From the NCBI GenBank assembly GCA_964016885.1, contig OZ024749.1, positions 8,866,001-8,930,000 of the forward strand: 64,000 bases of DNA. The letters run 5' to 3'. This DNA is from Eledone cirrhosa (Eukaryota). A program made the translations under genes and the position numbers. The first letter of the stretch is position 1, and each line of letters starts with the position of its first letter. Positions 39,804-53,214 of the stretch are shown here, piece after piece. The notes beneath the pieces are model-generated. The model worked only from the letters and a program-made list of their open reading frames with translations, had not been told where the DNA came from and made no database searches.

Positions 39804-40014
39804 TGCGGGGGTGGAGGGTTGAAAGGTTCATAGGCTGGCTATGGATGATTGATGCTAGAGCTGTGAAATCTTGTATGCTTTAATTTCAACTCTCAATTGT
39901 TCTTATTAATAACTGCATTGTTACTTTCCAGGAACTATGTTGAAAGATAAACGTCATTTGGTCATTCCATGCGAGTATCTTGGTCAGCCTATGAATGTTC
40001 AGTTGACTCTCGTA
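39804..40014 (+). mobile_element. Mariner-derived MITE
   Basis: Terminal inverted repeats gggttgaaaggttcataggctggc / gtcagcctatgaatgttcagttgactctcgta; remnant transposase end tatgttgaaa.ataa. Confidence 0.65.
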
Positions 40015-40117
40015 GAATAAGATATATATTCTAAAAGATGTTGCAAAAGAAACTCGGAAACAAATCTTTGTATTCTCTGTTTTCTTTATTTATTTCTGTA
40101 ATTCCTGAGTTGTGAAG

Positions 40118-40385
40118 GCGCCATATTGACATGCGGCTTGCTAGGATATTTTTAAACATCATCCAGGTTTCTATGTATGGACCAGTAACACCTGCGGGTG
40201 TCGTAGAGGCACCATATTAACATACGGCCATTCTAGGACATTTCTAGACATGGTGAAGTCCCATCCTCGTCCAGGTTTCTATGTATGAACCAGTAACACC
40301 TGAGAGTGTCGTAGGAGCGCCATATTGACATACGGCGTTTCTTAGACACTTTTAAACTTGGTGTTGCCCCATCTCCTCTCCAGGT
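40118..40385. repeat. ~90-110-bp tandem repeat, about 2.5 copies
   Basis: Recurring ccatattgacatacggc and tccaggtttctatgtatg.accagtaacacctg. Confidence 0.75.
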
Positions 40386-40712
40386 CTGAATACAGCAGAT
40401 TTCTTCCAGAGAAGGATAGAAAGTGAGAAAGAGATATAGTGGAATAATCTACCCCAATATTAGACTGGTACTTTTTTTTATCGACTTTAAGTGAATGAAA
40501 GGCAAAGTTGACCTTCGTGAGATTTGAACTCAGGGAGCAAAGAACTGGAAGGAATACTGCAAATCATTCGATCCTTCGTTCTAACGACTCCTCCAATACG
40601 CCGCCTATTCATAATTTATATAATTACACAATTGAAAGTGTTTTACAGAGAGTCCAAGATTGGCGGTAGAACTTAGGATGAAACGTTCTGTGGTATAATA
40701 TTATTTATTTAC

Positions 40713-41697
40713 GGTGGATTGGCAGTATCGGTAGAGAGTCGGACGCCATACTTTCCAGCATAGTTACGTTCCTTTACGGTCTGAGTCCAAATCCCGTCGA
40801 GGTTAACTTTGCCTTTCATCCTTACGGGGGTCGATAAAATAAAGTACCAGTAATCCACTAGAATAATTGCTGGCCTTGTGCCAATAGTAGAAACAATTAT
40901 TTAGTTACGACTTTCTATATTCTGAATTCCAATACCTCAGAGGTCAACTTAGCCTTTCATCTCTCCACATTCGACTAAATAAAGTACCAGTTAAGTGATG
41001 GCCGAGTGCCTAAATTAGAAATCATTATTTATATTTTAAGGGTGGTTGATTGGCAGTATCGGTAGAGGGTCGGACGCCATGCTTTCCAGCATAGTTACGT
41101 CCCTTTACGATCTGAGTTCAAATCCCGCCGAGGTTGACTTTGCCTTTCATCCTTACGGGGTCGATAAAATAAAGTACCAGTAATGCACTGGGGTAATTGC
41201 TGGCCTTGTGCCTAAAGTAGAAACAATTATTTATATTTTAAAATATTACTGACGAATTGGTTGTATCGGTAGAACACCGGAAAATGTGTTTTCCGACATA
41301 GAGTTACGGCACTTGACTCTCTAAGTTCAAATTCTGCCACGGTTAACTTTACCTTTCATTCTTGTGGGATCGATAAAATATAGTACCAGTAACACACTGT
41401 GGTCAATTTAGTCGACTTTCCCCTCCTTCAAAAACGTTGGCCTTGTGCCTAAATCAAGATCCATTATTTATATTTGAGTTCAAATCCCGCCGAAGTTGAC
41501 TTTGCCTTTCATCCTTACGGGGTCGATAAAATAAAGTACCAGTAATGCACTGGGTATTTGCTGGCCTTGTGCCTTAAAGTAGAAATAATTATTACTATGG
41601 GCGGTGGATTGGCAGTATCGGTAGAGGGTCTGACACCATGCTTTGCAGCATAGAGTTACGGCCCTTTATGCCAAAAGTAGAAACAATTATTTATATT
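40713..41697 (+). mobile_element. Head-to-tail cluster of about 6 SINE family 1 copies
   Basis: Copies at about 40713, 40910, 41040, 41255, 41476 and 41599; an older inverted copy at 40440-40606. Confidence 0.85.
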
Positions 41698-41811
41698 TGA
41701 AAAAGGATGCTGTAAATTTCGCAGTATTAACTTTGATAGGATTGGTATCGAAAATCTTGGAATGCTTGTGGTATGTCAGATATTTATTGAAATCTTAGTT
41801 GTTCGTGTTTT

Positions 41812-41920
41812 GTGAGATTATTAAACCTTTCTCATGATACAAACAGGTTTTTTATGAACATTTTAGATAAAACTTTTTCAAAACACCGTAAACATCATAA
41901 AATTTTCAATACAAATTTTC
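41812..41920 (+). mobile_element. Small Penelope-like ORF remnant
   Basis: [23 protein letters not shown] resembles the PLE linker 'FL.L.DKHFP..H..HKIFNRN'. Confidence 0.45.
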
Positions 41921-42044
41921 TTTCACTCTCTGTCTATATATATATATACATACCTATCTTTATATGTATATATATGGGTTTCTCTATATATATATCTGTG
42001 TGTGTAGGTGAAAGTGTGCATATGTATTTATTATTTATTTATAT

Positions 42045-42167
<123 letters not shown>

Positions 42168-42169
42168 AA

Positions 42170-42207
<38 letters not shown>

Positions 42208-42208
42208 A

Positions 42209-42247
<39 letters not shown>

Positions 42248-42339
42248 TATATATATACATATGTATGTATATATATATATATATGTATATATATATGTAA
42301 ATACACACACACACATATATATATATATACATATGTATG

Positions 42340-42389
<50 letters not shown>

Positions 42390-42463
42390 CACACACACAC
42401 ATATATATATGCATATGTATGTATATATATAATACACACAGACTACAGCATACACACACACAT

Positions 42464-42530
<67 letters not shown>

Positions 42531-42786
42531 TTACATACATAGGTAAGTATATGTGTGTGTGTCAATGCGTGGTTTAGTTACGTTTGTGTGTGTGTGTATT
42601 TGTATCTAACTATTCAATGCGTGTGTCGTACGATTTGCCCGCTATCCATCTACAGGCGTTATACTTTAAAAGTTTTCCTATAATCTTTGCTAAACAAACA
42701 CATCTAGAATAACATCATATATTTCTTAAGGGGAATCATGGTGTCACGACATCCTTACGAAAGCTATGAATACTATAACCTAACTG

Positions 42787-42890
<104 letters not shown>

Positions 42891-43010
42891 GGTAGATAGA
42901 TAGGTATGTGTGTGTGTACGTGCTTATACGCTTATTTACATTCATAAAAACACACATATTTATTAAATATATGTATATATATAGATATATACATATATAT
43001 ATATGTGAGT

Positions 43011-43075
<65 letters not shown>

Positions 43076-43227
43076 CATACATATATATATATGTACACAC
43101 ACATATATATATATATATTATATATTATATATATATATTATATATATTATACTTATATTTAAGTATCAGCCGTACTAAGAGTGAGAAATGAAATTTCATT
43201 TTTTCCATATATATATATGTACACACA

Positions 43228-43401
<174 letters not shown>

Positions 43402-43718
43402 TATATCCGTGAAGTTAGGACCATATGTAGAAGTAAAAAAGAAACAACAGCCCCACTTACACAGTATTTATAATCTTGGATATTTATTTTTTGATATTTT
43501 GGTTTGTTTGTAGATATGATTCTTTGTGTGTGTATGTGTGTGTGAGTAGTTTTGTGTGTATGTGGATGTGAGTGATTTTGTGTGTATGTATGTGTGAGTG
43601 GGTTTATGTGTGTGTGTGTCTGTGTGAGAGAGAGAGAGATTAGTTTTTCTGTGCGAGGGATGACGTTTCTGCTTGTTGAAGAAAGACACAACGGTTTTTG
43701 GAATAATGTTTCAGCACT

Positions 43719-43720
<2 letters not shown>

Positions 43721-43750
<30 letters not shown>

Positions 43751-44480
43751 TGTATGTATGTACGTATGTATGTACGTATGTATGTACGTATGTATGTATA
43801 TATATGTTCTTCTGTTTTTATAATTTCACAAATTTTTACCAATAGAGAGAGTCAGTTTCTAACATAGTCACAAGACTCTCTCATTGGAATTTACACATCA
43901 ACTAGGTAGATATGTAAGCATGTCTGCATGCATGTGTGTGCAGATATGGATGTTATTGTATGTGCGGATGTGTATGTTTTGAATTTTATGTGTGCATGTG
44001 TATATGCTTTGTATCTGTACATGTGTATTAAATGCAGTTATTAGATGCAGAATTTTGGGAAGGTTTTACGCAATTTACTGTTCCATTAATGGGTTGTACT
44101 AGTTGTGTTCTTTCTGTTCCTGTGAAGCCTAGTTTCTCAAGATTTGTATTGAGGCAGTTACTAACATATCCCAGTGCCCCAATAATCACAGGCATAAATC
44201 TGAAGCTGTAATCAGGGTGGAATAACTGCAGATTTCTCATTAGTTCTGCATAAATATTCTCCTTTCGCTAATCTTTGATATTATATTGGCACCTGCTGGG
44301 CAGCTAATTTCCACTACTGTGCATGCTTTCTTCTTCCTGTCCCATATCATAATATCTGGTCTCTTATGCCTGCATTTTATTGGGGTTTTTACTGGAAAAT
44401 TCTAACAGTATTCTTTCATATTATGTATATGTATGTCTTCCACATTGCTGTAGCTTTTAGTGTTTTTATTATCTGGGCTT
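43721..44480 (-). mobile_element. 3' fragment of the (CATA)n-associated RLE LINE
   Basis: MRNLQLFHPDYSFRFMPVIIGALG; same 3' UTR; (TATG)n tail. Confidence 0.85.
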
Positions 44481-44489
44481 TTATTGATA

Positions 44490-44690
44490 AGTCGTTTATT
44501 GATAAGGCTGTGATACACATTTCAATGAAGACAGTGGCCACACGCTTCGGTGTCCCCAGTGCCATGACCTCATCAGACAGCTTCTTACATAATAAGGTTA
44601 CGTTCCCGAGGCAATCCAAATTGAAACGACAAGGTGAACGGACAAAGGCGATGTCCTTGAAGCCTTCACCCGTTCCCATATGAGCCCTAA
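44490..44690 (-). mobile_element. pLTR-like repeat with partial hammerhead, homologous to 50945-51150 (+)
   Basis: UGU-CUGAUGA-GGU...ACC-GAAG; shared gtggccac..ctgtc.ttcattgaaat. Confidence 0.5.
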
Positions 44691-44707
44691 TACATATATA
44701 TAGTATA

Positions 44708-44762
<55 letters not shown>

Positions 44763-45338
44763 ATGATATATTTAAATATATATGTGAGTGTGTGTGGGTA
44801 TATATATATATATCCCATTTGCAACAACGGAGCACGCCATTTTTCATTTTTATTTTTCCCTCCGCTGTGACCAGTCTGTTTCTTTCTTACTGCTATTCCT
44901 TTCTCTCCCCCTGTTTCTCTCACCTTCATTTCACCCCCTCTGTCGGTCACTCTCTCTCAGCTGGCCTCTTCCTCACACTTTCACTCACTCACTCTCTGCT
45001 ACTCCCCTGTCTCACTTCCTCCCGTCTGACCTGTGGGAAATCCTTTTCTCGCTTACATCTCACAAGGCTCGGACACGCCTGTTTCTCTCCTCGTCCATGA
45101 TTTGATCGAACTTAAGTTCACAGATATCACGGACTTGTTTCCCCTCTTCCTCTCTTTCCGTTGCATTACCATCTATGTATGTTTACATGTCTCGCTCGCT
45201 TCACCCTATTCTACGTATCCCAATAACTTTTTTTAGTTATTGCTCGCACCAGCCAGAAGTATATAATCTTTAATGCGAAGAAATACCAATGACGGCTGGA
45301 AGATCACTGATGACGGATGTCTTCTCGCTCTAATTTTA

Positions 45339-45373
<35 letters not shown>

Positions 45374-46378
45374 GTGTGGTGTGTGTGTATGTATAATGTA
45401 CATATATACTTATACATATAAGTAAGTGTGTGAATGCGATGTAGGACAAAGCGAGCAAGGAAGACAGGGAATAAAGGACAGATATATATATGTGTTACAT
45501 ACTATAAGGTTTAATAACAAGTGATAATCTTAATTAATGTTGTAACTGGTAAATTCTCCAACGTCGTATAATGGCTAATTTCAGCTGACATTCAATATAT
45601 TTGGTGTGCGATTTATGTTAGATTTACTTTGTATTTTCATATTAATATGGCTTCCAACGGATACTGTTGATAAAATAGCCTATAAAACGACAAAACCCTT
45701 ATATACAAGAGAGAAGCCATTTTGAGATGTTGTTGAACAATCTACGAACTTTGGATATGTCAAGGAGCTACTAACCATAACCAAGATCTTCCAAAACATG
45801 GAGGATATAAAACGTTTCAATAAGAAAAATATTTAACTGTTTTCTACCTAGTTTTTCATCGTTTTCCTTCAACAATACAGTACAATGAAGATAAATGCTT
45901 GTTAACGCTTAATATCGTACGAGAAGAGTCTTTACATTTCAGACACTAGTCCTTCATTGGAAGATAGAATGAGAAATAAAAGATGAAATAGAAATAGAAA
46001 TATAGGGAGGGAGAAGAGGAAGGAACATATTTTTTCTTTAGAAAAAGCACGTGTGTATTCTGTCAACCATTATATATATATATATATATTCATTTGATTT
46101 ATTGATTTATTGATAATTTATCTGAGTGTCCCGAATCTTCCATATCGCAATTTTTCGGTCGTTTGGTTGATTGTAGACATATCCTACGTGTGACGGTATT
46201 TTAACGATAGTTATAGCTCTGATTTATTTGAATTATGGAGCCCTCTGCCGCTCATCTCGAATTTTGTTTATCGTGAACTCGTGCGCCGATTTTTCGATAC
46301 TCGATTATTCTACTATATATATATATATATATGTATGTATTATGTATGTATGTGTGTGTATGTGTGTGAGCGTCTGTA

Positions 46379-46420
<42 letters not shown>

Positions 46421-46809
46421 GGTGTACATGCACTTTTTACGATTATCATATGCCGATTTAGCACAAATTTATTATGAATCTGAAAACATTTTCTAAAACA
46501 TGGTGTTATATTTTTATATCTTTCATTTTTGCTTCAAACATTTTAATTGCTTTAAAGTACGTTTGTATCTGTTGCTGATGATCGTGTTTATATATAATGT
46601 TGTGTATTATGTGTGTATTATTTGGGTTAGTGTGGATGTGAGCAATTAAGAAATGTTTGCAGTCTCTGCTGTGTTAACATTAGAATAATTCAAAACACTA
46701 TAACTGCTATAACTGTAAAGTTGTAAAATCTAACAATTTACTGCGTGTTTTAATTTCAATGGAATATCTTTTGTGATTACAGCGGATTTGTGAATATATA
46801 TATGTGTAC

Positions 46810-46994
<185 letters not shown>

Positions 46995-47224
46995 CTATAT
47001 ATATATAAAGATATATATATATATATATATACGAATGTGTGACATGTACCATTATGTAATATAAGCATATAAAACAATTTGTACGTATAAATATATATAT
47101 ATGCATATACATATATAAATATATATGTGTGTTTGTGTGTGTATATATATATATACATATATATATACACACATACAGTGAGAGAGATTCGAAAGACAGA
47201 GAGATAGAGAGGAAGTCCACGAAT

Positions 47225-47430
47225 TGAGTAGAGATAAATATATTACGAATGTTTTATAAATTAACATCTAGAATCTTCCATTAATGATGAGTTCACAATT
47301 CTATTAAGTTACGTTCGGTTTACAAGCTGTTACTACAACTTAAACAAGCAATTAATGCAAACATTGCAGAGAAATTTGAAGAGAATTTAATGATATCGTT
47401 TTAGAAATAAACAAAAATGATACTTTGCTA
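47225..47430. repeat. Dispersed repeat, second copy at about 52130-52330
   Basis: Near-identical aaatatattacgaatgttttataaattaacatctagaatcttcc... Confidence 0.8.
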
Positions 47431-47674
47431 AAATATCGCAATAAATTAAATACATTGTCCATTTTGGATTGTGTTATTTTTTTCACCAGTAAATGTTTTC
47501 ATAAATAGTTTTGTCGTTGTTTTTCTTCCAAAATGTTTTTTTAAATGTTTGTGTTTTTTTTTTATCCTTGGACTAAACATTTTTTTTTTATTTACCAGGC
47601 GCGGCTTTTGTTTGTAATATTTTCTCATACTGTTTTTCTTATATTATAGAAATGTTTAATGACGTCGCTTAAGA

Positions 47675-47895
47675 TAATAATAATTGTTTCTACTTTTGGC
47701 ACAAGGCCAGCAATTATTCAGTGCATTACTGGTACTTTATTTTATCGACCCCGTAAGGATGAAAGACAAAGTTAATGATTTCTAGTATAGGCACAAGGCC
47801 AGTAATTTGGCGGGAGTGGAAGGTCGATTAAATCGACCCCAGTACGTTACGGCTGATTTATTTTATCGACCCCGTGGGGAGGATGAAAGACAAAA
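47675..47895 (-). mobile_element. Two truncated SINE family 1 copies
   Basis: Reverse-complement tails and central domain. Confidence 0.7.
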
Positions 47896-47939
47896 TGAAT
47901 TCCATTATTTAACTGATAGTGTTCAAATATTTCAGATTT

Positions 47940-48012
<73 letters not shown>

Positions 48013-48159
48013 ATATGTGTGTGTGCGTGTGTGTTTGTGTGCGTGTGTTTGTGTGTATGTGTTGTTGTTGATTTAAAGTAAGTTTAATGTAGATATTCTA
48101 CAGTTTCAGAACTACAAGCCAGTATTTATATGTTTTCTCCTCTACAGATAATGCTGCAC

Positions 48160-48482
48160 ATACATACATATATATGGTGACTGCCAACTCGTTTTAGAGT
48201 ACGGCCACTACTTTATATCCATGTAGGAGAACCCCTACCGATGCGCTGAACGAGTGTGACTTTTCAGTCCAGCCAGCGACTTGGAAACTCTGGTACAAAC
48301 ACTACACTTGTGACAATTACTGACACATAGTGCTGGGCCCAGGGTACCGTGTGACGACAAGTGCAGAGAGATCTCCAGATATAAAGCAATGCCTGTGCCG
48401 TGAAGCTTTTATAGTGAGCAAAGGCACTGCACAAAGCCAGTCCCACTCTCTTAACCAAGATGATATTTACCAAAAAGAAGAT
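48160..48482 (-). mobile_element. RTE-type LINE 3' end
   Basis: Homolog of 36200-36512. Confidence 0.7.
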
Positions 48483-48503
48483 CATACATACATACATACA
48501 TGT

Positions 48504-48673
<170 letters not shown>

Positions 48674-48744
48674 TAGTTAGGGGGACAGTGTCCTAAATGC
48701 GTATAAAGTGCAAGACAAACGAGCAATGAAAGTAATGGAGAGAA

Positions 48745-48850
48745 ATAATTGTTTCTACTTTAGGCACAAGGCCAGCAATTATCCAGTGCATTACTGGTAC
48801 TTTATTTTATCGACCCCGTAAGGATGAAAGGCAAAGTCAACCTCGGCGGG
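48745..48850 (-). mobile_element. 5'-truncated SINE family 1
   Basis: Flanked by duplicated gggagagaaataat. Confidence 0.8.
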
Positions 48851-48911
48851 AGAGAAATAATGTCAAGCAAAAAGCGTATAGGCAGAGCATTAATATAGAA
48901 ATTGTATTTTA

Positions 48912-49928
48912 GAGAATACAATACCAAATTCTTGAACAAATATATTTATTTGCTTATAATTGTTTCAGAAATCATATCAGATTTCAGCTCATACAAATGA
49001 AAATTAGTGATTATATAATCGATAAGAGCAAATGATAATATGACTAAACAATGAAACTATTTCACCTTCAGAACCAAAAATAAAATAAAAACAAAAATCA
49101 AAAATACATGTCAGTGGACTACATAAAATGTGAAAAACGAAGCATACCACTCGACATATGAAGGATCAAAACAGAATTATAATATATTTTAAATTCAAAG
49201 GACTTAACCGTTTATATAATGGAGGAGATATAAAACAGGAAACAATGTGTAAATAGCAAGGCGCATAAATATGAAAGGGAGACAATTTGATAATAAATTA
49301 TTGTACCTAGTATTTAATAGAATTTAGTGTTAAAATACTAAGAAAATATTTAAAAATAGGAAGAGAGGTGTTAGTATTATACTTAACGGTAGGATAAAAA
49401 AAATGAATACAGGTGTGAAAAGAAATAGCGTGCAAAACTAATCGAGGAGGAATCATTAAAAATAAAATAGAGGGAGTGATGTATATTAAGACAATGGAGG
49501 AAAGATAAAAAAAAATGTATTATAAAATAAAAGGTAAGAAAATGATAGAAGAAAAGAAAAGTAAGATTATCATGTTTAATGTCCAGGTTATGTATACGAG
49601 AGTGTAAGAGGTTAAATTACTAGGTAAATGTTCCTCAAGTGGTTAATTTAAGTGTAGTGTTGGGGGAAGGTCTAGGTTGAGGGTCATACATAGGTGTGGA
49701 GAAATAGACTGGAGAAGAAAGGGAAATACTATAAAGATGAAATGAAAATAGGTGTTAATAAGTTATGGTGAGGCAAAAACAGAGCTACAGTAATAGTTAT
49801 ATTATCATTTGCTCTTATCGATTTTATAAACGATAATTTTCATTTGTATGAGCTGAAATGTGATATGATTTTTGAAACAATTGTAAGTCAATAAATATAT
49901 TTGTTCAAGAATTTGGTATTGTATTCTC
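48912..49928. mobile_element. Element with ~135-bp inverted repeats around a ~750-bp purine-rich spacer
   Basis: Inverted repeat 48912-49046/49794-49928. Confidence 0.7.
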
Positions 49929-49946
49929 AAGCATTTAATTTCTGTC

Positions 49947-50028
<82 letters not shown>

Positions 50029-50035
<7 letters not shown>

Positions 50036-50664
50036 AATTAATATATCTACCGACATATGTATACAGATGCATACCTACGCTAGCAGATAAATTTTAGTAA
50101 GTAAGTCAATTTTCATAACTTTCTTATTTACGTCTTTCATATAATTGTTCTGCATTCCCTTGCATAGCACTACAAAGTTACTAAGACAAAACATATATAT
50201 CTGCTAGCGTAGGTATGCATCTGTATACATATGTCGGTAGATATATTAATTCCTTATAACCTTCTCCAAATTATTTGTTGAGCAAAATTTGCCAAATTAC
50301 TACTGTGACTGATAGTAGTGGCTAGGCTCTGTCTTAATAGCACCCCCACTCCAAGCTGGTTAACCTCAGTGTCACGTGATTAATTCTTTTGAATTTGCCA
50401 CTTGACCAAGGAGGCAGCGAATTTTTCAGTGCTTAGAATCTAGCCCCGCTCGATTTTTTCGATTTTTTCCATCCACTGAATTATTGTTATATAAGCTTCC
50501 AGTGTCCCCGCATTGCCTGGTGGCTTAGCTGAGAATAGACTCCCTGATGACGTAAGGCTTCTCTACAGGTATTGCATAACTGTATTTATCCCCTTACAGA
50601 AACTAATTAGTTGGAGTGAAATTTTAGTAAGTAAGTCAATTTTCATAACTTTCTTATTTACGTC

Positions 50665-50673
<9 letters not shown>
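50029..50673 (+). mobile_element. Hammerhead mini-element with inverted and direct duplications
   Basis: Inverted repeat 50029-50089/50198-50258; direct repeat 50089-50143/50619-50673; (TA)n flanks. Confidence 0.8.
50539..50617 (+). ncRNA. Type I hammerhead ribozyme with extended stem II
   Basis: ACUCC-CUGAUGA-cGUAAGG..UACAG..CUGUA..CCUUACa-GAAA-CUAAUUAG-UU-GGAGU. Confidence 0.78.
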
Positions 50674-50730
<57 letters not shown>

Positions 50731-50775
50731 ATGATATTAATAAGTGGAAACTATATTTATAAAACCATATTTATT

Positions 50776-50828
50776 CTATTATATATATTTCAAGAGTACC
50801 AAAACTTTGGTGCGCTCTCATCAAATAA
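50776..50828 (-). ncRNA. Family B hammerhead, single arm, C3 mutated
   Basis: UUAU-UUGAUGA-GAGcgcACCAAA-gu-UUUGGU-aCUCUU-GAAA-UAUAUA-UA-AUAG. Confidence 0.55.
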
Positions 50829-51429
50829 AATACAAAATTTGTTTTATAAATAGTGACATACCCAGGAATCAGATCTTAACGGTTCAAGTTCCGTTTGGAT
50901 AGTCTATAAATATATATATACATATATATAGTCTATATATATAGAGGGAACTGACAGAAGCTACGAAAACGTCATTTATGTCCGTTCTCCTGGTTCTTAT
51001 CTTTGGTTTAGTTTTCCTCGAAAATGTAACCTTGTTATATTATGCTACTGTCTGATGAGATCACGTGACTGGTTATATGAGTGAACAATCACGTGGCCAC
51101 GACTGTCATTGAAATATGTATTATAGCTTTATTATTAAAGGACTCTTTTACAACCTACAGAGAATTTCACATTTCCTTTTCCTATATATGTGTGTGCGTG
51201 TATACATATATGTATATATATATATATATTATATACATCGACTATGCTATATATTTATATATAGAAGTTATAATACGGTGATTTGATAGTGTTTTTAAAG
51301 TTCTTATAACATCAATCTGATATCCACCATTATTGTACTAGAATTTTCTAAATCACAATATTGTATTTCTATGGCTGGCAATTTGATTCCTTCATTTTGA
51401 TTTCTTGAGCTGTTGTTTGTTTCTATCGA

Positions 51430-51446
51430 TACTAACTCTGTCTGTC

Positions 51447-51477
<31 letters not shown>

Positions 51478-52048
51478 TGTATGTATGTATGTATGTATGT
51501 ATGTATGTATGTATGTATGTATTATGTATGTTCTTCTGGTTTTATAATTTCACAAATGTTTTACCAATAGAGAGAGAGTCGGTTTCTAACATAGACACAA
51601 GTCTCTCTCATTGGAATTTACACAACATCAACTAAGTAGATTATGTATGTCTGCATGTGTAGATATGGATGTTATTGTATGTGTGGACATGTATGTTTTG
51701 AGTTGTATGTATGCATGTGTATATGCTTTGTATCTGTACATGTGTACATGTAGTTATTAGATGTAAATTTTTTGGAATGTTTTACATATTTTTACTGTTC
51801 CATTAATGGATTGTACTTGTAATTTCCTAACTAGTTGTGTTCTTTCTGTTCCTGTTAAGCCTAGCTTCTCAAAATTTGTGTTGAGGCAGTTACTAACATA
51901 CCCCAGTGCCCCAATAACCACAGGCATAAATCTGAAGGTGTAATCAGGGTGGAGTATCTGCAGTTTTATCATCAGTTCTGCATAAATATTCTCCTTTTCG
52001 CTAATCTTTGATATTATATTGGCATCTGCTGGGCAGCTAACTTCCACT
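51430..52048 (-). mobile_element. 3' fragment of the (CATA)n-associated RLE LINE
   Basis: ORF 51757-52047 nearly identical to the C-terminus of 37776-39005; (TATG)n both sides. Confidence 0.88.
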
Positions 52049-52459
52049 TATGTATGCATGTATGTGTGTATATGTGTAAGTATGTATGCATATACGGAGA
52101 AAATAGAACCAATGAGAGTAAAGGAGTAAAGAGAAATATATTACGAATGTTTTATAAATTAACATCTAGAATCTTCCATTAATGATGAGTTCCCATTTCT
52201 ATTAAGTTACGTTCAATTTACAAGCTGTTACTACAACTTAAACAAGCAATTAATGCAAACATTGCAGAGAATTTTGAAGAGAATTTAACGATATCGTTTT
52301 AGAAATAAACAAAAATCTTACTTTGCTAAATTATTCAAGATATGTTTGAGACAATGTGGAATTTTGCAGTACTTGTTTTTCTAAATGTCATCCTAAATAT
52401 ATGCATATGTAGCTAAACACGAATGTATGTATATATGTGTGTGTTGGTGTGTGTATATC

Positions 52460-52565
<106 letters not shown>

Positions 52566-52571
52566 TTATAT

Positions 52572-52684
<113 letters not shown>

Positions 52685-53214
52685 GAATAAGAGAGACATT
52701 TTATAAGTATATTTCGCTTTTATTAGATAATTCTGTTATACGAATTTCAATTATATATATATGTGTGTATGTATATATACACTATTATTATTATTGTCGT
52801 TATTAGTGCTAATGACATTTTAAATGCTTCTTTCCAGGTTGTTATCATATTTTCCCAGTACAGTATTTGACATTTGTTTAATTATGTCATTTAAAAGAAT
52901 TTAGTAAGAGGTGATCTGGAGTTAAATTGAACTCAGATCGTACATATCAGGGTGACGTTTATACCAACAAACTAACTATTCTGCCAATTTTCCACTATAT
53001 CCTCTGTATCATTGTCTTGTCATGTATATATCATCTCTATTATAACCAATTCCTCGCCTTATGCTATATATCATCGCTATTATACCCAATTCCTCGCCTT
53101 ATACTGTATAACACTGCTATTATAGCCAATTCCCCACCTCCTGGATAACCTTACCATTATAAATATATCCCCGCCTTATCCACACTCTATCGCTGTTATT
53201 ATAAGAAATTCAAC

